Positions 12,761 to 23,745 of a stretch of 64,000 nt of DNA are shown here, in pieces. The notes beneath the pieces were generated by a model, which saw only the letters and a list, made by a program, of their open reading frames with translations, did no database searches and was not told where the DNA came from. Each line of letters begins with the position of its first letter. The first letter of the stretch is position 1. Made by a program: the position numbers and the translations under genes. Origin of the DNA: Hemiscyllium ocellatum (Eukaryota); contig NC_083409.1 in the NCBI RefSeq assembly GCF_020745735.1, forward strand, positions 17,752,341 through 17,816,340, read 5' to 3'.

Positions 12761-12924
12761 CTTTAGGATCTGAGCCAATGACACAGTCTCTTGTTGAGCA
12801 AAGGCTATTCCCCGGGTCATGTCTATCTCCGATAGCTGACGGATGGACTCTTCCATAGCATCCAAGTAAGTGTGTTGAGCAGTCATGTGGTGTTGGATAC
12901 TTGGTGGGGAGCTGAGCATCGAGG
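12761..12924 (-). CDS. CEP350: CEP350-like coding exon (164 nt, exon ~17 equivalent)
   Basis: Acceptor ctttggttattgcag, donor AAG|gtacag; (A)SMLSSPPSIQHHMTAQHTYLDAMEESIRQLSEIDMTRGIAFAQQETVSLAQILK; phase 1 to 0. Confidence 0.9.
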
Positions 12925-13189
12925 CTGCAATAACCAAAGTGAAAAGTGTAATTCCAACTTTTACAATTAGTTCAATAATGCATTGGGATCATAGGGTTAA
13001 CTGCACGCCTCTCCAGGATTCAAAACAAGTTCGGGAACTGCGTAAAAAAATGACAAGGGGCAAGACATTGAAATTTTCATGAGATTCACAGGATAAAACA
13101 AATAGCAAAGCGTGCGGAAAATCCAAACCCAATCATTGTATTTGGGTCCTGGTGAATGATCAGGAATGCAACAAAGGTTCACCAGACTT

Positions 13190-13610
13190 GTTTCTAGGAC
13201 ATTCTCATGGAGAGAGATTGGGAAAACTGGACCTGCATTCTCCAGCATTTTGAATTGATTTCATTGAAATCTACAAAATACTTAAAGGGTAGATGTAGGT
13301 AATGTTTCCCCCGTTGGGGAGTCTAGGACTGGTGGGACAACTTATAAGTGAGACCATGTCATAAGTCTGAGCTGATGATAATTCTGTTGTTACTTCAGGG
13401 TCATGAATCTTTTGGAGTTCACTGCCACAGAGAGTTGTGAAAGCATAGTCATCAATTATGTTTTATGTAAAAATTGACGGATTTGATTTCCAACAGTGTA
13501 TGGGGTGATGGGAACAGGGTGGCTAAAACGATACAGAAGCACTGATCAGCCATGATTGTACTGAATGACAGGGGATGGCTCAACAGGCCGAATAGCCTAC
13601 TTCTGCTTAA
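13190..13610 (+). mobile_element. CR1 LINE 3' fragment
   Basis: gaaatctacaaaatacttaaaggg..gatcagccatgattgtactgaatgacaggggatggctcaacaggccgaatagcctacttctgct tail. Confidence 0.65.
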
Positions 13611-13824
13611 TGTTCCTCAGACAGGATCCGACCACTTGAATGGAAAAGCACCTGCTTCCACGTCACGTGGCACCTCACCATTTCATCCAGTCATCACTAT
13701 GCCTGTCACTTCAACTTGGTTGTCTACTTACTCAGGGTTTTATTTTTTTTTTAAACTACTCCAATGGAGACGGTTGGGACAAACCAATGACAGTTACAGA
13801 AAACATGATTCCAAGAGTTCCAAC

Positions 13825-14033
13825 CTGCAGCAGAGGATGTGGAGGGCCAGGCTGCAGTAACACTGATGTCGGCTAGAGAAGGTGAAGGTGTGGAGGTAGT
13901 AGCACGCAGCTGCCTTGTCCCCTCTCTGGATGTTATCACTGCGTCATTCTGAAAAGGGCTCTGAGACATGGAACTCACAGTGGAATGGAACAATGAAGAG
14001 CTTGTGCTTTTCTTTGATGACTTCCCGTGAGCA
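13825..14033 (-). CDS. CEP350: CEP350-like coding exon (209 nt, exon ~16 equivalent, Ser/Thr-rich)
   Basis: Acceptor ttttgtgctttcag, donor CAG|gttgga; (S)AHGKSSKKSTSSSLFHSTVSSMSQSPFQNDAVITSREG...PSTSSAA; phases (2 to 1) fit both neighbours; similarity weaker because of low complexity. Confidence 0.7.
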
Positions 14034-14800
14034 CTGAAAGCACAAAATTTACACAATCACAAATGTTGACAACTGCCAAAATGAGACATCACTTAAACCA
14101 TTTAACACTGCAGATTTCATGCCATCAAGTATCTGTTTGCTGAAGCTCTGCTTTAAACAATCTGTTGGACTCGGTCGGCATTAGGGATAAACAGAGTCAA
14201 AAAGTGTGGCACTGGAAAAGCACAGCATGTCAGGCAGCATCCAAAGAGGAGACTCCATGATTCCGGCACAAGCCCTTCATGAGGATAAACAGTCATCCTT
14301 ACTGGATGGGCCCATGTTCCCTCTACTATTCCCAAAAGCCAATCTTCTACAATACCATTCCCACTCTTAAATTTAAACAACAATGTACTGACTGGACACA
14401 GCAGCCTAAAGGCTGATTAACCTGCCAAACCTGACAACCCAGACAACAGCTTCGCAACATACTTGCCAAGGCCTAAAAGGCCCTTTGGGTTTACCAATCC
14501 ATTTGAGTCATCAAGAGGATTCATCAGTGACTACCATCACACTAGCCACCGTATGGTTGGTAGCTCTCTGGGATACCAGAGGAAAAATAAAGGACAACGA
14601 CATCACATGCACATCAGCAGACAGCACACAATTATACAAGATATGAAGAGTTTCCAAAATCACATACACTAAATAAAGCAAATGCTCACTGATGACAATT
14701 TCCCCTTGATGAAGTCCAAGAAATGCCAAGAACCCAACTTCTATGAGCAGCAAGGAGAATTCACCCCAGCTCAACATATGTTGGACTATCCCGTGCAGGA

Positions 14801-14973
14801 GAAAGTGAGGACTGCAGATGCTGGAGATCAGAGCTGCAAAATGTGTTGCTGGAAAAGTGCAGCAGGTCAGGCAGCATCAAAGGAGCAGGAGAATCGACGT
14901 TTCGGGCATAAGCCTGAAGAAGTGCTAATGCTCGAAACGTCAATTCTCCTGCTCCTTTGATGCTGCCTGACCT
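14801..14973. mobile_element. Palindromic non-autonomous Penelope-derived element
   Basis: Arms aggtcaggcagcatcaaaggagcaggagaat (from 14864) / attctcctgctcctttgatgctgcctgacct (to 14973) around gtttcgggcataagc-CTGAAGA-...-GAAAC-gtc. Confidence 0.7.
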
Positions 14974-15968
14974 ATCCAGTGTAGGCTTACTAAAATATAC
15001 TGAGTATCTGGATTATTTACGTGGCACTAATACCACTCGGCCATCGCCTCCCCTTGAAATGAAACTGTAACTTTATTAATTTGGTGACTTCCATAACTTC
15101 ACTTTGTATTTTCCATCTACTTACTGTCTCTTCCACCAGTAGAAGCAGTTCTTCCAACATCCTGACCAGGTTTGAGGTCTCCTCTGAACCACTATTCAAT
15201 CAAAATGATCAGCAATTTATCGAATCTCTCTTGATTACTATAATCAGCGAATGTCAAGTTAACACTTTCTGGTTCCTGTGCACAGCCTTGAAGTCCTTCC
15301 TGAATTAGTGTTCCCAATACTGGGGACAACATTCTAACTGTAGCTTAACCAGTAATTTGTGATGGTTTAACATCATTCATTTTTGTACTCCAGTCCCAAT
15401 TTATAAAAGCTTAATGGCTCTGATGAACTGATGATGATCTAAATACTGCACAAGGCTGAGCTTCACTAACATATCTCCATTAATAGTTGGTTTCACAGAG
15501 CAGTGAGCATTGAATAAAAAACAAATAGAATCAACTAAGGTGGGCTACACGGCAAAGGATTCTTGTAACCACGTTTTATTATTATTATTCCATATTTGAA
15601 ATTGTGCCCATGTTTCAGGTTACTGGCAGACCCCAGTTTACAAATGGTTTCTGTTCTAGAGTGCATCTGCAAGTCAATTGGTGCACAAGTTGTAACACAC
15701 TGTAAAAAGTCATAAGCACAGAAAATGTTTGTGTGCAAGATCTTTAAAATTACACCCTCGGATGAGATTACGTGTGAAAGAACAAGCATTCTGAAGCCTG
15801 GGATCCTCTATGTATCTATCCTGCCACTGTTGACTCTGTTGTGATTTGAGTGTCAGAAGAGTGCAACTATAAGCTGTCAAGCAGGTATTGGTTGTTTCTA
15901 ATATATGCACAGCTTCAGGAATTGATAACAGAAAGTGACCGACAGAAGGTACATACGCCTGGTCATAC

Positions 15969-16140
15969 CTATATGCAGTTAATGGATCTCTGAATTCATC
16001 TCGATTGCTCTTCATAATGTTACTTTCCAGGGTGGTAGATCGCAAGGGACTGCGGGAGGTGTTGACCTTCCGTGATTTGCTGCGACTACTGGATTTGACA
16101 GGTGTAGCACTGGCTACAGAATCCTCCAGATACCTTCCAT
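15969..16140 (-). CDS. CEP350: CEP350-like coding exon (172 nt, exon ~5 equivalent)
   Basis: Acceptor gtttctgtttctatcag, donor AG|gtatga; (D)GRYLEDSVASATPVKSSSRSKSRKVNTSRSPLRSTTLESNIMKSNRDEFRDPLTAY; phase 1 to 2. Confidence 0.85.
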
Positions 16141-16667
16141 CTGATAGAAACAGAAACAAAGTTTAAGAAGTCAAAAAGGAGCATGCATTCCATTATCACA
16201 ATCAATGGGATTGGTTAGTAAGCACAAGTTTCTCTTAAACTGTTGCTGTCAGAATATAGAAGAGATAGATGCTAAGTTAATTCTTCTTGTCCACCTCCTC
16301 AAATTCTGTGGACCAGCACAAAGTGATAAACCAGACATTTGGGGGGAATCTGCAAAGGGCAACAGGTGTTGACACAGATGGAAGCGGGAGATGACCACTT
16401 CAGGAAGGGAATGGAGGGTTGACTTTGCCTGCTAAGCCTTACCAATGAAGCTCCATAAATTAGTGAGAAGGAAAAGATTCCATAGCCTCAGTCTCTGTTG
16501 CAAATGCTTTCAAAACACTGCAAAATGTCAGTGCATGACCCTCGACCACTTAACTTAATTTCACCAGGGTTATTACTTTTATCTGATTAACAATGGCCAG
16601 CATGAGGTCAAGAGTAACTGTTGATCTAATTACCATGAACAATTCATTTTGTATTCCTTCCACTTAC

Positions 16668-16782
16668 CCAGTCCGCTAATTTTTCGAGTAGCACTGCTCA
16701 AAGCTTTCTTAGTATCCATCACTGTGTCTGTCACTGCAGTAGTGGTGGGTACAGCTTCAAGCCTGTTTTCTATGTGCCGCAA
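16668..16782 (-). CDS. CEP350: CEP350-like coding exon (115 nt, exon ~4 equivalent)
   Basis: Acceptor ttctttcatcccaag, donor TGG|gtaagt; LRHIENRLEAVPTTTAVTDTVMDTKKALSSATRKISGL; phase 0 to 1. Confidence 0.9.
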
Positions 16783-18443
16783 CTTGGGATGAAAGAAAAA
16801 TAATGAATCAAACACAATGCAAGTTAAAATAGTATGTTTCCTGCAGTAAAAACTCTTAGGATAGAGCCAGGCAGGAATCAAAGGGGAACTAGAAAACATG
16901 CAGGGTGTCAAACATATATTTTGAGGGAAACTGGAAGCTAAGAAGCAGGAAATGTCAGGGTGAGACTGGGAAGTATGGAGCTAAAATGTTCAGCAGACAG
17001 AATGACCTGAGATATGGAGGGGGGCAGGGCAGAAAAGAGTTGGAAAAGTAAACGGGAGCCACAAACAAATCTGTACATAGGAACTTTGAAACTGAAGGAC
17101 TGGGTTAAGGCAGAGAATGAAATTAAGTAACAAGAGGGTGATAAGCGAGCAGGGCGATGATGCAGAAGATAGAATGTGTAGAAATGTACAGCATGGAATT
17201 AAAGTTTTGGAATGGTTTTGGTAGGTGCCACCCTGTCAGTCTTAGAGAGCTTCTGTAAGTGTATTAAGCAAATGGTACAGATTGGTGCTGAGTGTTGAAG
17301 GTGGAGGAAGTGCAGGTTTGTGCATGTGGTGTTAGCCCTCAGCTGTTCTGTCCCAAATAGTGTCAAGCTTCTTCAGTATTACCAGATCTGCACTCATCCA
17401 GGCAAGTTGAAAGTATTCCATCACACTACTGAATTGTGCAATGTAGATGGTGAACTGCAATATGTGCTAGTAATTCAACCAGGCAGCCAAAAACAATCAT
17501 GGGACAGCAAATGTTATTTTAACTGGCACTTTATGAACTGTTGCTCTTAATAAACCAACAAAAATTATACACCTGAAATACTCGAAGGTCACCGCATTTT
17601 CATGGTGTCAGAGTAGTCAGTTGAGGCTGCAAGTGAGAAGGCACTCTGCCATTAAGTTTTATTTAAGGCAAATGTGCATGCTTGTTTCAGTGAGTTATAC
17701 GACAAATAAAGTGATGTGTATACCCCTGCATTAGGTTTCTATTACTAAGCATTGATTATGTCAGTCTGTTTGACACTGGAATATTTGATCAACCAGCACT
17801 CCTGGTCCCATTGGTGACAGTTAATAAAACATTTACTGTATCTTCAAACAGACATGGCGGGAAAGGCTTAGTAGGTCTGGCAGCATCTGTAGAGAGAAAT
17901 CAGTTAACATTTCAGGTGCAGTGACTCTTCCTCACAACATGTAGAGAAATAAGAGTTATTGTTGCAGTGTTCAGAGGAAGGATCGCTGAACCAGAAATGA
18001 TTACGGATTTCTCTCCACAGATGCTGCCAGACCTTCTGACCCTTTCCAGCAATTTTTTTTTGTTTCAGATTTCCAGCAGTTCTTATGGTTTTTGTGCTGT
18101 ATATTCAATCAAGGTTTTGCTGGGGATCTGATTATCCAGTACTAACATCAACTGGTTATTATGTCATAACAATCGGAGCCCGACATCATAATATCTTCCT
18201 TGTAACAATGACCAGAATTCAAAAAATACATCATTGGCAGAGAGCCATTTTGAGATGTCCCATAACCACAAAACTTCCGATTTAAATGTAAATATTTCTT
18301 TCTTTATGACAGTCCTTTGGCCATAGGATCAAATGATCTCTAATCTGCCACACAGTATTGATGACTGAACCCAATAGTCACCACAACAGTGATTGAAGGC
18401 ACTACAACTAACTGGAGTAGTTTGCAAATCAGCACCACTGTAC

Positions 18444-18529
18444 CTTGCCTCGTATTTTGAATCTTTATCAGTCTCTGATTTAGGAGGGCTGACTTGTTAG
18501 ATGTTTGACTCCACAACTTGTCAGCTCAC
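18444..18529 (-). pseudogene. CEP350: CEP350 exon-2-like segment, copy 1 (86 nt; start codon reads TTG)
   Basis: Acceptor ctttgcttttgttttag, donor AAG|gtacag; 13 nt leader + TTG TGG AGT... = (L)WSQTSNKSALLNQRLIKIQNTRQ + 1 nt; same length and register as recalled human MRSSKSKEVPLPNPRNSQSKDTVQ (S3,S6,L11,N13,R15,T22,Q24 shared). Confidence 0.65.
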
Positions 18530-19529
18530 CTAAAACAAAAGCAAAGCAAGGATAATCAACAACACAGATTTTCAGATTCAGATTAGATTTCATTACAAGC
18601 TTGCAATCAGAAACTCGAATACTTATTTTGGATTTGGATTTTCAATTTGGTCTAAAACAGCAATATTAAGTCGACATTATTTAATGATAATGAAATACAA
18701 CATTTTGTATAAACAATTGAAATCTGGTTTGTATACCAATGTTGAGCCTTACAGCACAATCAAATCCTTCACCAGTGTGGGACGTTCTCCAGTCCTGAGC
18801 GATAAATTAGCTTCAGTGAGGAATGTAAAAGAATTAAGTAGTAAGTTCAAACTAGAGCATCTGTGTGTATATACACCAGAACCACAATCAAATAATGTCA
18901 GTAAGCATCAACAGAAGCCCAAGCCCGTGTTCTCCTGGCTTTTATTACATAACAATTGGAGCCACAACACGCAACATCATAATACTCCTTTGGAACAATG
19001 ACCAGAATTCAAAAAATACCTCACTCGCAGAGATCCATTTTGAGATGTCCCATAATAACAAAGATCACTGAACCAGAAATGTTAAAGGATTTCTCTCCAC
19101 AGATGCTGCCAGACCTACTGAGCTTTCCAGCAATTTTTTTTTGTTTGTTTCAGATTTCCAGCAGTTTTTTTGGTTTTTGTGCTGTATATTCAATCAAGGT
19201 TTTGCTGGGGATCTGATTATCCAGTACTAACACCAACTGGTTATTATGTCATAACAATCGGAGCCACGACATCATAATACCTTCCTTGTAACAATGACCA
19301 GAATTCAAAAAATACTTCATTGGCAGAGAGCCATTTTGAGATGTCCCATAACCACAAAACTCCCGATTTAAATGTAAATATTTCTTTCTTTATAACGGTC
19401 CTTTGGCGATAGGATCAAATTATCTCTAATCTGCCACACAGTATTGATGACTGAACCCAATAGTCACCACAACAGTGATTGAAGGCACTACAACTAACTG
19501 GAGTAGTTTGCAAATCAGCACCACTGTAC

Positions 19530-19616
19530 CTTTGTCTCGTACTTCGACTCTTTTTCAGTCTCTGATTTAGTAGGGCTGACTTGTTAGATGTTCTACTCCA
19601 CAACTTGTCAGCTCAC
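19530..19616 (-). pseudogene. CEP350: CEP350 exon-2-like segment, copy 2 (87 nt; TTG start, extra nt before donor)
   Basis: Tandem duplicate of 18444-18529; (L)WSRTSNKSALLNQRLKKSRSTRQ; same acceptor and donor. Confidence 0.6.
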
Positions 19617-21564
19617 CTAAAACAAAAGCAAAGCAAAGATAATCAACAACACAGATTTTCAGATTCAGCTTAGATTACATTCCAAGCTTGCAATCAGAAA
19701 CTCAAATATTTATTTTGGATTTGGATTTTCAATGTTTATTTGCATTACGATATTTGGTCAAAAAAAGTAAAATTAAGTAGACATTATTTAATGATAATAA
19801 AATACAACATTTTGTATAAACAATTGAATTCTGCTTGGTATACCAACATCGAGCATCAAATCCTTCACCAGTGTGGGATGTTCTCCAGTCCTGAGAGATA
19901 ATGTAGCTTCAGTGAAGAATGTGCAAGTAGTAAGTAGTAGGTTCAAACTAGGAGCATCTGTGTGTGTACACCAGAACCAAAATCAAATAATGTCAGTAAC
20001 CATCAACAGAAGCCCAAGTCCTTGTTCCCCGGTTATTTTGCCATAACAATTTGAGCCATGGCATCATAATACCTACCTTGGAACAATGACCAGAATTCAA
20101 ACAATACCTCATTCACAGAGAGCCATTTTGAGATGTCCCATAACCACAAAGGTCACTGAATCAGAAATGTTCACGGATTTCTGTCCAAAGATGCTGCCAG
20201 ACCTGCTGGGCTTTTCTAGCAATTTCTGTTTTTGTTTCAGATTTCCAGCAGCTCTTTTGGTGTCTGTGCTGTATATTCAACCAAGTTTTTGCTGGGAATC
20301 TGATTATCCAGATTATCATGATCACCAAGTGGCTATTATGGCAGAACAATTGGAACTATGACATCACAATACCTCCCTTGAAACAATGACCAGAATTCAA
20401 AAAGTACTTCATTGGCAGAGAGCTATTTTGAGATGCCCCAGAACCACAAAACTCACTATTTAGATGTAAGTATTTCTTTCTTTATAACAGTCCTTTGGCC
20501 AAATATTTGCCCCTGCAAATATTTGGTTGTTTTTCTGAGACTCTACCATTCATTAAACAACTGCTAATCTGGCCAAGTCCCATTTCCTGGTCCCTACATT
20601 ATCTCATCTCTCTTCCTTCTCGCAATGTAAATGTTCCATTTCTGTAAATTAATGGTTAATAGTCATTTACTGACGTTAGTAGAATTAAACCATGACTGAC
20701 ATTTTTTTTCTTACATGACAGACCTCTTTTCACAACTCTATCAGTTCACCTCACGTTAAATGCATCTTCCCTTTCCACAAGACAAATTATTTATCAGAAA
20801 TGTGCAATAAATACATTGTAACATTTGTCATTCTGATTGAGACAGAGTCACAGAGAGTCACAGAGAGAAATAGATTGTCACAGAGTGTCACAAAGAGTCC
20901 AATAGTCACAGACAGCCACAGCATAGAAATCTTTTCCGAACATGAGATATACATAACCAAACAGGGAGTTTGATAAAGCAACTACAGCAGGTGGTAAAAG
21001 GTCACAATAGGGATATGTTACTGCAGCTGCAATCTGCAGAAAAAGTCCAACTTATGCTCAGACACAAATGCCCAATTTGTGTCTGGCAGGTCAACTTCCC
21101 TTATATGGTGAAAATAAAGAGAATTAGCCAAGGAAAGCCTCCACCACCCGCCCTTGGAAAATGGTGGATAAATGAGCTCTTCAAATATTATTGCCTGTTA
21201 CAGCAAATGCCTTTGATACAGAAACAAAGAATGGTTCGAACAAACATTTATTTGAAAGTGACTGTAAAGTTAGAGGTTGGCTTGTGTCATGGCAGAGATG
21301 TTTCTCATCAGGAACTGGAAAAGAGCTGACACACGGTTATATGCTGTGACTACTCTGAAGGTTAAATGATAGTTTCAATTTTTAAAAAATAACTGAGGGA
21401 GAAAGGTAAATCAATTTGATGACGATTAGTTTGGGACACTTGATGTTGTTGTGAACGTACTGTTCACTGCAAACAATTAAACACAATCCAGAACAGCCAT
21501 GTGCTTTTCAGGTAATAATGTAGATTTACAAGGAAGCACAACATTAAAACAATGGAACAATTTA

Positions 21565-21724
21565 CAGAGGAACCTCGATTACCCGAGCGACATGGGTAAG
21601 GAGTGTTTTGTTTGGATAATTGAATGCTGGGTAATACAGTTTAGCCAAGCATCGGGATCTTACGATCTACTTTGGATGATCCGAAATTCAGATAATCGAA
21701 TGCCAGATAATCGAGGCTCTTCTG
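21565..21724. mobile_element. Tc1/mariner (Tigger-like) MITE
   Basis: TIRs cagaggaacctcgatta / taatcgaggctcttctg; left flank TA. Confidence 0.75.
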
Positions 21725-22122
21725 CATGTAGATTAATCACATATCCTATAAATCAAAGAGATTTAATATTTTAAACAATAAAGTCTGATAATCTGCTTGG
21801 TCTTTCGCTGTTCTCTATCAATTGAGGCCTTCAGGGCAATGAATAAAAGTTATTGACATGAGAATATGTGGAAGGGTTGATAATTCAGGAAATTAGTTGG
21901 TTCTCTATTGATTTAGACAAATAAAGAGGATCAGAATGGGAGCAATATGATATAATGTGCACACCACACCCAAAGGGTATTTCATCACAACTGTGCCACT
22001 TATTTTAAGAGCAGGAAAGGTCCGTCACTGACCAGATAGCAGTTGTGTAGCCTGAGACAGCAGATTGTGGGTTCAAATCCCACCAGAGATTTGAGCAGAT
22101 CTCTCAGGCAGACATTTCACTC

Positions 22123-22342
22123 CAGGTAGTTCTTCTATAACATAATGGTTGCATTGCTGTCCAACCCCCATGATATCGGAAAGTCACATTTTAGAAACAG
22201 CACTTAAAGTCTTCGCGATGTAATCAGGTTACAGCCAACACACGTTTTCAGAGTTCGTGCTTTAGAAAGAGTGTCTCCAATTTGTCGATCGTGTTATAGC
22301 AAATTTGTGTTAACGAAATGCAAGTTATAGCAGAATGACCTG
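22123..22342. mobile_element. Tc1/mariner (Tigger-like) MITE inserted in a SINE
   Basis: TIRs caggtagttcttctataac / gttatagcagaatgacctg; right flank TA. Confidence 0.65.
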
Positions 22343-23490
22343 TACAGTACTGAGGGTGTACTGCACTATTTTATTGATGGTGTCTTTCTGATGTGACGGA
22401 TGCAGAAGACCTCAGCATTCTGGTCAATGTTTATTTCAACAGACTATCCTATTCAACAATTTGCTATTTTGATGAACCTAATATGCTCAAATTGTATTTT
22501 GTATTTGCTATTTCATAAACTACAAAGTGTTCACTGGTTGTAAGTCACATAAAGAAATTTCCATGATTGTAAACGGTGCCATTTAAAACAAGTTTTCTTT
22601 TCTTTTCTGAAGTTGCATAGATCAATACCAGACAACAGACACAGGCCCTGTTATACGATTACACACAACACTGTGATATTGTTACACACCACCGAGCTGA
22701 AGTGTTCTGCAACTGATCAATCTCCAAGCTGTAGGGAACGGCTTCAACTTTGGCAGAAAAGAGAAGAAAATCCATCCAGTGATTCCCCTTTGCCAAGTGC
22801 ACTCATGTGGGATGGATCAGCCCTCTGATTCCTTCTCTAATTTGCCCGGCAACACATGATAAAGGTTCAGAAAAAGAAAGTGATTACTTGGCCAAATTCT
22901 CAGTCAGAATAGGGAGAACAGGGAAGAAAATTGAGAAAATAAATTTCCATTCCAAGAAAAAGAAATTGAGGTCAGGGTCAACACCTTACAGGAATAATCA
23001 TCTTTCTACATTAAAAAGGTTATGATGGCACATTTCTTTTTCTAGATACTTCTGGGTTCAGATACAGTCTGACATTTTCAAACACGAACCCTGCCAACTT
23101 GAAAACTTCAAAGATACTTCTGACACTACAAATGAGTCAGCACCTTAGGCACATCACCTCCACACACGCTCTCTGACTTGCTCCTTCATCACTGGTAGCT
23201 CTATTTAATCTCAAATCACTTACCACCATTACAAGGCCCACTGCTGTTCAAAAAGGTGGCTCATGTTATCGGGATGACTGCCTGTTAAGTGAAACCGCGC
23301 CAAAACTGCACATGTCTGAGAACTCTAAATACTGCAACAGAATGAGGAAACCAGTAGACTGCTGAGACTGAAATTTACATCAGTTGACAGGCAGAAACTG
23401 AAGAAAACCAGAGGCGAAACACCATCAGTACACTACAACCAAAAGATACTCCTCTCCAAACATTGCTGAAATTCTAGAGTTAAAAAACAT

Positions 23491-23745
23491 ACAACACCAG
23501 GTTATAGTCCAAAAGGTTCATTTGGAAGCTCTAGTTTTCAGAGTGCTGCTCCTTCATCAGGTAGCTGTGGACCAGGATCATAAGATCCTTTGTTTTATGA
23601 TCCTGCTTGACAACCACCTGATGAAGGAGAAGCGCTCTGAAAGCTAGTACAGTACTTCCAAGTAAACCTGCTGGACTCCAACCTGGTGTTGTTTGATTTT
23701 TAACTTTGTCCACCCCAGTGCAACACCAGCACCTCCACTATCATA
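23491..23745. mobile_element. Inverted-repeat non-autonomous Penelope-derived element with hammerhead-like core
   Basis: Arms acaacaccagg...ccttcatcaggt / acctgatgaagg...cctggtgttgt (23491-23692); central hairpin aggatcataa..ttatgatcct; CTGATGA-aggag..ctct-GAAAG at 23618-23645. Confidence 0.7.

Larger units (their letters stand above)
2481..19616 (-). other. CEP350: CEP350-like gene, rearranged copy (continues beyond window start); functional or pseudogene status unresolved
   Basis: Ten exon-like segments with AG/GT ends whose peptides match CEP350 motifs (LRHIEN.LE..PT.TAV.D.VMDTKK, DGRYL.DS, SRSPLR.TTLESN, YL.A.EES.RQLS, HE.D.ALLKLKAEQEA..SQRQLEE, QLRTRTE.DR, DS..ESS..K.HDRR). Eight exons (1187 nt) splice in phase with no stop. 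Confidence 0.85.
17986..20500. repeat. Tandem duplication, ~1.085-kb unit, ~2.3 copies
   Basis: Unit starts ctgaa(c/t)cagaaatg at 17986, 19068 and 20156 (periods 1082 and 1088); an internal ~120-bp subrepeat (ataacaat.ggagcc...aacaatgaccagaattcaaaaaatac...gagatgtcccata) occurs five times. Confidence 0.9.

Noticed and set aside
15710-15968. ORF-track continuation after TAY as the start of the missing large exon 6
   Set aside because: No resemblance to recalled CEP350 sequence, and a good donor (AG|gtatga) sits at the conserved boundary.
22690-22765. Possible additional minus-strand exon (EAVPYSLEIDQLQNTSAR)
   Set aside because: Only a plausible acceptor; no similarity to CEP350 and no supporting neighbour exon.
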